A stretch of 58,172 nucleotides of DNA from an uncultured bacterium (GTDB lineage Bacteria > UBP14 > UBA6098 > B30-G16), in the NCBI GenBank assembly GCA_965552135.1, contig CBEVQY010000015.1, positions 1 through 58,172 of the forward strand. The letters run 5' to 3'. This document shows positions 27,701 to 36,070 of the stretch, one piece after another (the stretch's first letter is position 1; every line of letters begins with the position of its first letter). The position numbers and the translations under genes were made by a program. The notes beneath the pieces were generated by a model. That model had not been told where the DNA came from, made no database searches, and was given only the letters and a program-made list of their open reading frames with translations.

Positions 27701-29107
27701 GTTGGCGTAGGCGCTTATGTCGAAGGTCTGTATGGTGGAGTCGTCGGCATCATAGGTTGCCAAAAGCTGCCAAGTCGTGCCGTCGTAAACGAAAAGACTG
27801 CAGACGTCGCCCGAATAATGGTTGTACCAGTGGTTGAACTCCAGATATATCGGATTTCCCACATACGGCGAGAGGTCTATTACGGGGGAGATCGCGCTTG
27901 CGGACGTCAAAGCACCCCAACCAGCGTAGTCGTCGTCGACGGAGAGGAAAACGCCAGTGCATCCACCGCGCGGCGTGAGCCCACCGGGGTTGGCTATGGT
28001 CCAAACCGCGCCGCCCGAAAGGTAGTCTGTGGTGTCCCAGTCGGATATATCACCGTCCTCGAAGTCGTCGGTCCAGATGTCGTGCTCGGTCGCTGCCATA
28101 TAGACGCCGAAGCTCCCGTGCTGCTCCACCCAGAACTTCGCGGGCTGCGCAACGGTATCCTGGTTCCAGATGAAGTCGGAGTCGTTTACAGTGCCGCCGC
28201 CGGTAGGCCAGCTCGAGCGCCAAACGCCGCCAAGCTCGATCGAGTCCGCCGAAAGACCTATAACGCTTGTGACGCCGCTTTCGCTGACGTCGAGGAGCAC
28301 GTTGTCGGCGTCGTCGCGAACGCGGAAGTGATTGGTTGTCGACGACCCACCGCCACGGTCAACCTGAATATTGACGTCAGCCGTGGAGTAAAACCTCACC
28401 GAAGAGGCGCCGCTTATCCTAAAGTCGCCCGAGCAGTATATAGCCGGACCCGTCGAGTCGTTGCGGGCGTAGATGGCGGCGTAGTTGTCGTCGTTGTTTA
28501 TGGCGGTTATAGCTGATCCGCCGTTGTAGGGCGCAATAACGGTGACAGGGCGTCCGCTTGCGGTATGTACTGTATCACCGCGGTCATAAGCTTTCTGCAG
28601 CCCAAAGTGCCGGAGCGAGTCGGCAAGCTCATCCAGCGCCCCCTGGACCGTTGCCGCGAAAAGACCGCTCCCAAGGTGATCGTAGGCGACATCCGAAGCC
28701 CGCATGAAACGCGCCGTGTCGGCAACGAACGCACTGTCGCTTTGGATGGCATGGTCAGCCCACATCGCCCTGAACTCGGCGTTTACGGGCTGTCTGGGCG
28801 CAAGGGTGACCCAACCCCCGCCGGAATTGATGGAGACCTGAATGAACAGCGGCGACCTCGCAAAAGGCGGCGGCACGTTCAGGTCAAACACCGCCGAAAA
28901 AAGCCCACGACAGACAACAACGTTGCCAACGGTGTCGGCGTCGACGAGGGTCCCACCGGTTGGCGCATCGTATATCGCAAGCGCCATCGCGACCGTGTCG
29001 TTAACGCCAACGCCGGTAAGGTCGGTGAGCTTCCCCTGGTACGAAACGGGCAACGCCCAAGCCGAAAACGCCAAAAGACCCGCTAAAGCAATGAAAGCAC
29101 CTCTCAC
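24719..29107 (-). CDS. Large secreted modular fibre/adhesin-like protein (1462 aa): YQGKL N-domain, two jelly-roll domains, C-terminal right-handed beta-helix
   Basis: GTG 29107 with GGAGG RBS and signal peptide. VSYQGKLTD..IYDAPTGG; TDDFEDG..VDNIRI and SESFED..IDNVRL; TVALQGGDYTSISAAL followed by Asn/Gly-rich parallel beta-helix repeats. Confidence 0.85.
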   Translation of the reverse strand: MRGAFIALAGLLAFSAWALPVSYQGKLTDLTGVGVNDTVAMALAIYDAPTGGTLVDADTVGNVVVCRGLFSAVFDLNVPPPFARSPLFIQVSINSGGGWVTLAPRQPVNAEFRAMWADHAIQSDSAFVADTARFMRASDVAYDHLGSGLFAATVQGALDELADSLRHFGLQKAYDRGDTVHTASGRPVTVIAPYNGGSAITAINNDDNYAAIYARNDSTGPAIYCSGDFRISGASSVRFYSTADVNIQVDRGGGSSTTNHFRVRDDADNVLLDVSESGVTSVIGLSADSIELGGVWRSSWPTGGGTVNDSDFIWNQDTVAQPAKFWVEQHGSFGVYMAATEHDIWTDDFEDGDISDWDTTDYLSGGAVWTIANPGGLTPRGGCTGVFLSVDDDYAGWGALTSASAISPVIDLSPYVGNPIYLEFNHWYNHYSGDVCSLFVYDGTTWQLLATYDADDSTIQTFDISAYANANFQIKFKYDDGGSWAYYWMVDNIRIYYITYSTPAPSIVANGSSGNLELNTPSGDVLFDGVGLRTSGGAAIVGYDNSASGLSAANVQEAIDELKASVDTFGSPGDYIRNQISSAQTADFWISGAGRFGDYNTLAMAWSESFEDVSDSTTPPAGWDTVTVAAGATEPMITYEGITKHPYGYSPAAGTLLVRFNSYTCSTGSQMRLFQTAGTDMTALGYTSPAVVFDMFHDDSYPTATDNVVVQYSTDGGTTWNDVQTYYRYSSAGDFWETIYCYLPASVNSATDLRIGFLFTGDYGNDVYIDNVRLADISDERVIVEAGSLYVARNVYIGGKLTVSGGIDPTYLSLTPQGSAPAMPTPGIWVDDGSPAQLHFWDGTSDQVISGGGGGGGCVTLDGAYDCGGSGAGRTIVADAGAVEVNAVGASNGALSLFADDASSAALYVSHSGGGNGIWNDGNYWSPSGNVALGSGVFHSDNGLFQSNGDFICRLDVDNDGGDTFRVQNSVGTDVFTVDEAGNAYVPGKLTVVGGVDPTYVSFTPQSSAPSMADPGLWSDGDTLFFHHPAHGDFVVKLRPPGTPSKPANVITVALQGGDYTSISAALAAISSSSDSLRWVVEVKPGKYVEGGNITVPAYVQLRGVCRSAVVLDMNGNTITLSSNTSISGMEIRNAVINFGTANCHVTDCVLESDSLVLVSAASNSCIIQDNLASSSYIYMDASNPLIEGNEFTDCQIIVANSTGLSAPLIANNNFSGYVAAIMLDGDVAPSIIGNRFELSGAFAVDFVNPGALSLFHFEGNFVSVGGTRALNITNQTVFITSNTIIGGGIWLDQCAGEVSSNVIKYSPDYGVYSINGSGPFEVISNVLDSCGIGITVSGPNGEIYIKDNKINTTVGAFGGTAGDGIRLLCQGVIEDNIVVNAYINGIWVNAGGTQILRNFVVGSGTSGAGVDLNSVATSSVVASYNVLDSYTPAGTGAFSGAFNTQSNGTIWTGGSQPGQLP
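26054..28684 (-). repeat. Three pairs of diverged internal peptide repeats in the 1462-aa protein
   Basis: YDxxxSGLxAxxVQxAxDEL (28625-28684, 27422-27481); DxIxNQxxxAQxAxFW (28127-28177, 27338-27388); GKLTVxGGxDPTYxSxTPQxSAPxMxxPGxW (26621-26713, 26054-26146). Confidence 0.9.
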
Positions 29108-29209
29108 CTCTCCCTCCTTGTTTTGTCCACCATCAACCCAAAAAACGCCGAAAATAAGCCGTGTCAAGGGCTTTTTCACACGCCAGAGGAGAAACGGGAA
29201 CCGACGACA

Positions 29210-29257
29210 ACACAATATATTGTGGTAATCAATGAATTATAGCCCTAAATAATGTAT
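29210..29257. promoter_or_regulatory. Tandem NrdR-box-like operators
   Basis: ACACAATATATTGTGG (29210-29225, containing the perfect palindrome CACAATATATTGTG) and the degenerate GCCCTAAATAATGTAT (29242-29257), offset by 32 bp. Both fit consensus acaCwAtATaTwGtgt. Confidence 0.65.
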
Positions 29258-29264
29258 TTTTTCC

Positions 29265-29292
29265 TTGACAACGCGGAGCTGGAGGCTAAATT
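29265..29292 (+). promoter_or_regulatory. Putative sigma70 promoter of the TonB-dependent receptor
   Basis: TTGACA-N16-TAAATT, then an AAGGAGGA RBS before ATG 29326. Confidence 0.65.
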
Positions 29293-29325
29293 GGGTTTCG
29301 CCCACATCAAAACAAAGGAGGATCT

Positions 29326-31218
29326 ATGAGGACCCTTTTGTGCGTGCTCGTGCTTTCGGGGCTGGTTGCGGCTCAGGGCGCCGACCCAACCGACACGATG
29401 AAGGTCTACACAGGCGGGGAGCTCACCGTTTTCGAGGAGCGCTTCGTCGCTTCGCCCGCGGCGAGATTCGTCCCGGCGGAGATCGTCACCGACAGCGCGA
29501 TAATACGCAACAAGGACGGGACACTGGCTGAGCTTTTGAGAACGGACTGCGGTGTGTACGTGAAGTCGGGTCAGCTGCCCGAAACCGAAGCCACGCCGTT
29601 CATCTTAGGCGGCGGCTTTTCTCACCTTCGGGTGCTGCTCGATGGTGTTCCGGTGTCGTTTCCGCAGCTTGGCGGGTTCAGCCTGACCTATCAGCCCATC
29701 TGGTCGCTGGGCGCGGTCGAGGTTGTGCCCGGCGCGCACTCCGCGCTCTACGGCACAGGCGGGATGGCGGGGGCGATAAACCTCCGCACGGCGATCCCCG
29801 CGAAGGAGGGCGCGATCACAAACATACAGCTCGCACAGGGCTCGAACAACCTCGACTGGCTTGCGGTGCGTATGGATCACCATATCTTCGAACGTGTTGG
29901 CGTGCACGTTTCGGGCTCGAGGCTTTCGGTTGAGGGCGAGGAGCCAGGCGAAAAGTCAAGAAGCGAGGACCTTGCCGCCAAGCTCTTCGGGGCGCTTTCA
30001 AGCAGCTGGAGCGTTGAGGCGCACCTGCAGTCGCACGCAGGCTGGCTCGATTACCTCTACGGGCACAGGAAGGACGACGTCTCGATAGGTGCTGCGCACG
30101 TCAACGGCTCCGTTGCCGGCGTTCTTCTGAGGGCGACCGCACAGATCGAGCGATACAAACAAAAGTACCAAAGCGACTTCGGCACCTTCGAGCACAAAGC
30201 CGACGTGGTAACTGAGGACCTTCGCGCGCAATGGGACGTCTCCTCCGCCTTAAGGCAGCTTTTCTTCGTTCAGGCGAAGCAGCATGGGCTTTCGAGCACA
30301 TCGAGCGGCGAGCACAGCGTTTGGTGGGCGGCGGGCGGCACGCAGCTTGCGGCAGAGGGTGAAAGGTTTTCGGGGATGCTTTCGGCTCGCGTCGACAGGG
30401 GCATCACGGGTGATGTCGCCCCAAGCGTCGGTTTGGGCGCAAGGATCGATACAAAGGGCGGGTTCTTCGCCGCCGCATCCGCGGGAACGGGCTTCAGAAC
30501 GCCCACGCCAAACGACCTCTGGTGGCAGAGAACCGTCGACTTCATATTCTACGAGCCCGTCGTCGACTCCACCGGCGATACGGTGGACTGGGCGCCTGCA
30601 ACGGTCTACATCTCGCAGGGAAACGAAGAGCTTGACTGCGAGAGATCACTGACCATCACCCTCACCGGCGGTCGCGAAGGCAAAGGGTTTTCCGCAAGAG
30701 CAACGGGGTTTTTCGCGAAGTATCGAAACCTGATCTCGTGGGAGCCGGAGTATATCTTCTGCGAGTCGGATGCGGATACGGTGATCTATTCCCCCTCGAA
30801 CGTGAGCGCGGCGCACGTTTGGGGCGCAAAGCTCGACCTGAAGGCCAGTCCCACAGGCTGGCTTCGTTTGGGCGCAAGCTGCACATATACGCTGGCTGAG
30901 GACTCCTCCGGCGCTCCCCTGCCCGAAAGACCGGAGCTTTTCGCAACGGCGTTCGAAACCTTCGAAAAGGGATTCTGGGAGGGCGAGCTGCGCCTCCTCC
31001 TGCGCCTGGAGGAAACCTACACGGGGAAGATACACCGCTCCACAGGCGACGTCACACCGGGTTTTGAGGTCAACCTGAGGGCTTCGGTCAGGTACCTCGA
31101 CTTCGAGGTCTTCGTCGTGGGCGAGAACCTCACCGACAACCGCTACGAGCTCTACGACGGTCGCAAAAACCTTGGAGCTCGCTGGCGTTTCGGCGTAAAC
31201 TGGTCGTTTGCGGACTGA
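29326..31218 (+). CDS. TonB-dependent outer membrane receptor, BtuB-like size and architecture
   Basis: Signal peptide; plug motifs VLLDGVP and VEVVPGAHSALYG.GGMAGAINL; GFRTPT..DL; ENLTDNRY; terminal amphipathic strand WRFGVNWSF. Confidence 0.88.
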   Translation: MRTLLCVLVLSGLVAAQGADPTDTMKVYTGGELTVFEERFVASPAARFVPAEIVTDSAIIRNKDGTLAELLRTDCGVYVKSGQLPETEATPFILGGGFSHLRVLLDGVPVSFPQLGGFSLTYQPIWSLGAVEVVPGAHSALYGTGGMAGAINLRTAIPAKEGAITNIQLAQGSNNLDWLAVRMDHHIFERVGVHVSGSRLSVEGEEPGEKSRSEDLAAKLFGALSSSWSVEAHLQSHAGWLDYLYGHRKDDVSIGAAHVNGSVAGVLLRATAQIERYKQKYQSDFGTFEHKADVVTEDLRAQWDVSSALRQLFFVQAKQHGLSSTSSGEHSVWWAAGGTQLAAEGERFSGMLSARVDRGITGDVAPSVGLGARIDTKGGFFAAASAGTGFRTPTPNDLWWQRTVDFIFYEPVVDSTGDTVDWAPATVYISQGNEELDCERSLTITLTGGREGKGFSARATGFFAKYRNLISWEPEYIFCESDADTVIYSPSNVSAAHVWGAKLDLKASPTGWLRLGASCTYTLAEDSSGAPLPERPELFATAFETFEKGFWEGELRLLLRLEETYTGKIHRSTGDVTPGFEVNLRASVRYLDFEVFVVGENLTDNRYELYDGRKNLGARWRFGVNWSFAD

Positions 31219-31292
31219 GCCAAAAAGTTCTTGTCTTTTGAGCCTCCCCGGCTTATTGTTTACCGTCAAGGATCAGGTGAGGGGGGAGCGCG

Positions 31293-32378
31293 ATGCCGAA
31301 TTCGCCGGAATACATCCGCACAAGCCTTGCCGCCGCGATGACCCTCAAGCTGCGGAGGGGGCTTTTCTGGCGCAACGCCAGGCTCTATTGCATAAACCTC
31401 CTTCTGGTTTACGACCAGCCCTGCGCTGGCAACTGCGCCTACTGCGGTCTTCACAGGCAGCGCCAGGAGCCCAAACACGCCCCTTACAGCGCCCGCAGCC
31501 TCAAACGCCCCGACAAAACCTTCATCAGGGTCGACTGGCCTATATACCCAACCGAGCTTGTGGTGGAGCGCACCGCCGAGCTTGAGGAGGAACAAAACCT
31601 CCAGCGCGTCTGCATCTCGATGCTTACGAGGCGCGAAGCCGTCGAGGACACGATAGAAGTCATCAGGATGTACCGCCAGCGCACCGATATACCCATATCG
31701 GTTCTGGCGTCGCCCATGGTGACGACGAAGGCTGATCTCGTTCGCTTTCGCGAGGCGGGCGCCGACAAACTCGGCGTAGCCATCGATGCTGCAACGCCCG
31801 AGCTTTTTGAAAAGCATCGCGGAAAACCCCGCGGAGCGCCCCACAGGTGGGAAAGGTACTGGGAGTTCTTCTGCGAGGGCATTGAGGTTTTCGGCAAGGG
31901 CAACGTCGGAACTCACTTCATCGTCGGCCTGGGCGAGACGGAGAAGGAAATGGTCGCAGCCATCCAGAGGACCCGCGACCTGGGCGGAGACACACATCTC
32001 TTCTCCTTCTACCCCGAGGAGGGCTCCGACATGGAGGACGTTGATCCCCCGCCTGTGGACCAGTATCGGCGCGTTCAGCTCGCCCGTTACATCATCGACA
32101 ACGGCATCGCAAGCTTCGACGATATGGACTTCGACGAGGATGGTCGCATCGTCCACTTCGGCGTAAGCGAGGCTGAGCTCGACGAGATCATCGACAGCGG
32201 CTATCCGTTTATGACCTCAGGCTGCGTCGGCAAGGACGGCAAGACGGTTGCCTGCAATCGCCCCTTCGGAAACTCCCGACCCGGTCCCGACCTCAGGAAC
32301 TACCCGTTCCGACCTAACAAGGAGGACATCGCCCTCATCCGCTCCCAGCTTGGGCTGCCTGTGAAGTCGAGGGTTTAG
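31293..32378 (+). CDS. Radical SAM protein, LipS2-like (bipartite lipoyl synthase/biotin-synthase-related)
   Basis: CAGNCAYC radical SAM motif; [20 protein letters not shown]-terminal FMTSGC-x9-CNRP. Confidence 0.75.
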   Translation: MPNSPEYIRTSLAAAMTLKLRRGLFWRNARLYCINLLLVYDQPCAGNCAYCGLHRQRQEPKHAPYSARSLKRPDKTFIRVDWPIYPTELVVERTAELEEEQNLQRVCISMLTRREAVEDTIEVIRMYRQRTDIPISVLASPMVTTKADLVRFREAGADKLGVAIDAATPELFEKHRGKPRGAPHRWERYWEFFCEGIEVFGKGNVGTHFIVGLGETEKEMVAAIQRTRDLGGDTHLFSFYPEEGSDMEDVDPPPVDQYRRVQLARYIIDNGIASFDDMDFDEDGRIVHFGVSEAELDEIIDSGYPFMTSGCVGKDGKTVACNRPFGNSRPGPDLRNYPFRPNKEDIALIRSQLGLPVKSRV

Positions 32379-32409
32379 CCGGCGGTGGGGATGCCTGGAG
32401 CCCGGGGAG

Positions 32410-32952
32410 ATGACCTTGGCGAGGACAAAGGGCACAACGATAATCGGCATGGTGCGTGACGGCAAGGCTGTGATAGCCGGCGACGGTCAGGTCACCCTCG
32501 ACGACGTCATCGTCAAGCACAACTCGCAGAAGGTTCGTTTTCTTGCCGACGGGTCGGTTCTTGCGGGTTTCGCTGGAGCCGCCGCGGACGGCTTGGCGCT
32601 GCTGTCGAGGTTCGAGGAAAAGCTTTCTGCGCACAACGACCTTTTGCGGGCGGCTGTGGAGCTTGCCAAGGATTGGCGCACCGACCGCTACCTGCGAAGG
32701 CTCGAGGCGGAGCTCGTGGTCCTCGACAGGGAGCGCGCCCTGCTTATGACTGGCGCAGGCGACGTCCTCGAGCCTGAGGACGGAATAATCGCCATAGGCT
32801 CCGGAGCAGGCTACGCCCTGGCAGCGGCAAGAGCCCTGGTCAAACACGCTCCCAAAATGCCCATAAAAAGGATAGTCGAAGAGGCTATACGCATAGCCGC
32901 CCAGATATGCATCTACACCAACGAGAACATAACAATTCTTGAGCTTGGATGA
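32410..32952 (+). CDS. hslV: ATP-dependent protease peptidase subunit HslV
   Basis: Short propeptide then [49 protein letters not shown]. Confidence 0.96.
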   Translation: MTLARTKGTTIIGMVRDGKAVIAGDGQVTLDDVIVKHNSQKVRFLADGSVLAGFAGAAADGLALLSRFEEKLSAHNDLLRAAVELAKDWRTDRYLRRLEAELVVLDRERALLMTGAGDVLEPEDGIIAIGSGAGYALAAARALVKHAPKMPIKRIVEEAIRIAAQICIYTNENITILELG

Positions 32953-32961
32953 GGTGCTGCG

Positions 32962-34086
32962 ATGGGGTCGCGCGTAGCCGTTGTGAAGACAAAGCCCGAG
33001 ACCGTTCTCGCCGATATCGAGCGGGCGTGTGAGCTTGCCGAAATGAAAAAATTCATCGACCCGAGCGCAACCACAATCCTCAAGGATAACATATCTTGGC
33101 ACCTGCCCTTCCCAGGGGCGAACTCTACGCCGTGGCAGATAGAGGGAACGATAAACGCCCTGCGGTCCATAGGCGCGGGGGACATTGTAGCCGTCGAGAA
33201 CAACACCGTCGTCACAAACCCATTCAAGGGCGAAAAGCTTTTGCTTTTCGAGGGGGTCTACAAAAAGTACAACATCCCGGTCCTCTACAACTTCCGGGAT
33301 ATCGAGTGGGTCAGGTATGAGCCGAAGTTTAGAACCCGTGCTCTGCACAAGGTTTACGGCGACAAGCTTTATCTTCCCGAGTATTTCTTCGGCAAGAACA
33401 TAGTGCACCTTCCGACGATGAAGACCCATATCTATACGACGACCACGGGCGCGATGAAGAACGCCTTCGGCGGGCTCCTCAGCACGAAGCGGCACTACAC
33501 CCACACCTGGATCCACGAAACGCTCGTCGACCTTCTGCACATCCAGAAGGATATACACAGCGGGCTTTTCGCTGTGATGGACGGCACGACCTCAGCCGAT
33601 GGTCCCGGTCCCCGGACGATGCGACCGCACGTGACGAACCTCATACTGGCAAGCGGAGACATGGTCGCGATAGACGCCGTGGCTGCAAAGCTTATGGGGT
33701 TTGATCCGATGTCTATAAAGTACATCGCGCTGGCGACGGAGGACGGGCTTGGGACGGGTCGAACCGACCAGATCGAGCTTGTGGGCGACGACGTCTCGGA
33801 TATAGAGCTGCATTACTTCGTTGGCGACAACCTCGCCTCAATGGCGGGCGACCTGCTGTGGTTCGGACCGCTTAAGTGGGCTCAGTGGTTCTTCTTCCAC
33901 ACGCCCGTGGTATACATCTTCGTCTTCGCCTCGTTTATATACCACGACTACGTCTGGTACCCCCTCAAGGGCAGGCGCATCTTCAAGGACTGGCTTTCCG
34001 GAACCGGGTGGGGCAAGCTTTACAGGGATTACGCGAGGCTCCAGGAGGAGCTCACCGGCGAACGTGTCGAATGGCTCAGCTGGTAG
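32962..34086 (+). CDS. DUF362 domain protein
   Basis: ILKDNISWH..PGANSTPW, LPTMKTH..TGAMKNAFG, DGPGPR, DMVAIDAVAAKLMGFDP. Confidence 0.8.
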   Translation: MGSRVAVVKTKPETVLADIERACELAEMKKFIDPSATTILKDNISWHLPFPGANSTPWQIEGTINALRSIGAGDIVAVENNTVVTNPFKGEKLLLFEGVYKKYNIPVLYNFRDIEWVRYEPKFRTRALHKVYGDKLYLPEYFFGKNIVHLPTMKTHIYTTTTGAMKNAFGGLLSTKRHYTHTWIHETLVDLLHIQKDIHSGLFAVMDGTTSADGPGPRTMRPHVTNLILASGDMVAIDAVAAKLMGFDPMSIKYIALATEDGLGTGRTDQIELVGDDVSDIELHYFVGDNLASMAGDLLWFGPLKWAQWFFFHTPVVYIFVFASFIYHDYVWYPLKGRRIFKDWLSGTGWGKLYRDYARLQEELTGERVEWLSW

Positions 34087-34222
34087 ACCTGGCATCCTGC
34101 AGAGGACTTTTAGCGACGCGCCTTTTTGCCTTCCCGTTCGGTCGAAGCCCCAGCCCTCACAATGTCTTCTTCCTCAACAACTTAGCGCCCGCGCCTCACG
34201 TGCCTAATCAATCGCGGAGGCG

Positions 34223-35185
34223 TTAAATGCGCAGCTTGCCCTTCTCCATAACGAGCTTTCCGTCGAGCCAGAGGTTTGGGGAAAGGATTATCCCGTCGAG
34301 GTGGCTTTGCACGTGCACGTTGCCGCCCATCGAGGCGTTGTCGCCCAGGGCGATGTGCACCGTCCCGAGCACCTTTTCGTCCTCGAGGATGTTTCCGCAA
34401 AGCCTTGCCGCTGGGTTGGTGCCTATCCCGAGCTCGGCTATGTTCCGCGCCTCCTTCGGGAACTGAGAGAGCACGCCGGTGAGGTAGCTTGCTGCGCGCC
34501 CACCGTCTATCTCGGTGGCGTAGCCGTCGACGACGCGGATCGTGATGTAGTCGTCGCGCTCGAGGATGCCGGTGTCGCCTATCGCGCCGTCGATGACGAT
34601 GACGCCGTTGGCGCTGCCCTCCACGGGAGCGATGTAAGCCTCACCGGCTGGGAGGTTGCCGAAATCGCCGGGGTTGTGGTAGAGCCCGGTATCCGGCAGA
34701 CCGCGCCTGCCCTCGAGGGACATGACTATGTCCGTTCCGTGCTCGGAAGTTACGCGCGCAGTTTTGGCTGCGGACAGCATATCGGCGAGTTTGCGCGAAA
34801 GTTCGGCTATCTTCCTGTAGTCCGTAACCATGGCGCGGACGAACGTTTCCCTCAGTATCCCCGGCATGGTTGCGATGCGGGCACCCGCTTCGCACGCGGC
34901 GCGGCGCGCCTGGGTGTGTGTGAGGGAGCGGAAGGTCGGCGCAAGCACAACGTCGACCCTGCCCATAAGCTCCGCGATCTGCTCGGGCGGCTCCTGCCCG
35001 TGGTGCTCGCGCGGTATCATCTCGACCAAAAACGCCTCACGGCACCGCTCCTTCGCAGCCTCGAAGAGAGCATAGCCTATCTCGCGCTCCAGCTGATCAG
35101 TGACGATGAGAACCGTCTCGTTTTTGCCAACGGCCATGCACTGCTCGATCGCCACCACAGAAGCCTTATGGAATCTGTCTTCCAT
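34223..35185 (-). CDS. Aminopeptidase, peptidase M29 (thermophilic metalloprotease) family
   Basis: SLTHT, NLPAGEAYIAP, IAELGIGTNP, LEDEKVLGTVHIALG, HLDG. Confidence 0.88.
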   Translation of the reverse strand: MEDRFHKASVVAIEQCMAVGKNETVLIVTDQLEREIGYALFEAAKERCREAFLVEMIPREHHGQEPPEQIAELMGRVDVVLAPTFRSLTHTQARRAACEAGARIATMPGILRETFVRAMVTDYRKIAELSRKLADMLSAAKTARVTSEHGTDIVMSLEGRRGLPDTGLYHNPGDFGNLPAGEAYIAPVEGSANGVIVIDGAIGDTGILERDDYITIRVVDGYATEIDGGRAASYLTGVLSQFPKEARNIAELGIGTNPAARLCGNILEDEKVLGTVHIALGDNASMGGNVHVQSHLDGIILSPNLWLDGKLVMEKGKLRI

Positions 35186-35196
35186 CGCTACCTCCC

Positions 35197-36060
35197 TTAA
35201 AGCTTAACGGGCGGCTCCTCCCCCGCAAGCTCCCAGAGCAGGCGGAGGTTGCGTTTGTCCATATCGTTTTCCTTTGGCGTCTCCAGAACTTTCGGCACCC
35301 CCTTGAGGCGCTCATCGCGCATTATCATCCCAAAGGGCTCGGTGCCGATGAAGCCTTTACCTATGTGCTCATGCCGATCCTTGTGTGAGCCAAGAGGATG
35401 CTTTGAATCGTTCATGTGGATTATAACGAGTCTGTCGAAGCCTATTATCTTGTCGAACAGACGCCACATCTCTTCGTATCCATCGGGGTTTGTGAAGTCG
35501 TATCCTGCGGCGAAGGCGTGGCAGGTGTCGAAGGCGACGCGAAGCTTTTCGGGAAAGTTGCTTTGGTCGATTATCTCCCGCAGGTGCTCGAACTTCCAGC
35601 CGATGTTTGCGCCGGAGCCGGCGGTCGTCTCGAGGGCTATGTTGACCGAGAAATCGTTACGCTCGTAGATGTAGTTGATCGCCTCGGCAACGCGCCTTAT
35701 ACCCCACTCCTCGCCCTGATCGTGGGGGGAGCCGGGGTGAACGACTATGTGCGGTATTCCCAGCGCATCGCAGCGAGCCATCTCCTCCGCCATCGCGTCG
35801 ATGTAGCGCCCCCATTTCTCGTCGTCCGGCGCAGCCAGGTTTATCAGGTACCCCGTGTGCGCGATGACCGATTGCACGATCCTGCTTCGCGCAAGCTTTT
35901 CGTGCCAAAGCCGTATCGTTTCGTCGTCGAGGGGCTTGTCAAAAAGCTTTCGCGCCGACTTGACGAAGAGCTGGAAAGCTGTGCACCCAAGCTGCTCCGC
36001 CCTGTCGATGGCGAAGTGCACACCACCCGCTATCGACATATGCGCGCCTATCAGTTCCAT
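35197..36060 (-). CDS. nfo: Endonuclease IV (AP endonuclease)
   Basis: GAHMSIAGG, HTGYLINL, HPGS, LETTAG, DTCHAFAAGYD, HMNDSK, DRHEHIG, LETP. Confidence 0.96.
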   Translation of the reverse strand: MELIGAHMSIAGGVHFAIDRAEQLGCTAFQLFVKSARKLFDKPLDDETIRLWHEKLARSRIVQSVIAHTGYLINLAAPDDEKWGRYIDAMAEEMARCDALGIPHIVVHPGSPHDQGEEWGIRRVAEAINYIYERNDFSVNIALETTAGSGANIGWKFEHLREIIDQSNFPEKLRVAFDTCHAFAAGYDFTNPDGYEEMWRLFDKIIGFDRLVIIHMNDSKHPLGSHKDRHEHIGKGFIGTEPFGMIMRDERLKGVPKVLETPKENDMDKRNLRLLWELAGEEPPVKL

Positions 36061-36070
36061 CCCATCCCCC

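Noticed and set aside
24719..29107. Prophage tail gene
   Set aside because: The protein has a Sec signal peptide and host-like composition, and no capsid, terminase, integrase or other phage genes are nearby.
29108..29325. Cobalamin riboswitch upstream of the BtuB-like receptor (AAACGGGAA resembles part of the motif)
   Set aside because: No following GGTG..TCC, no GCCCCCGC/GCCACTG B12-box elements, and the predicted promoter leaves only ~30 nt before the ATG.
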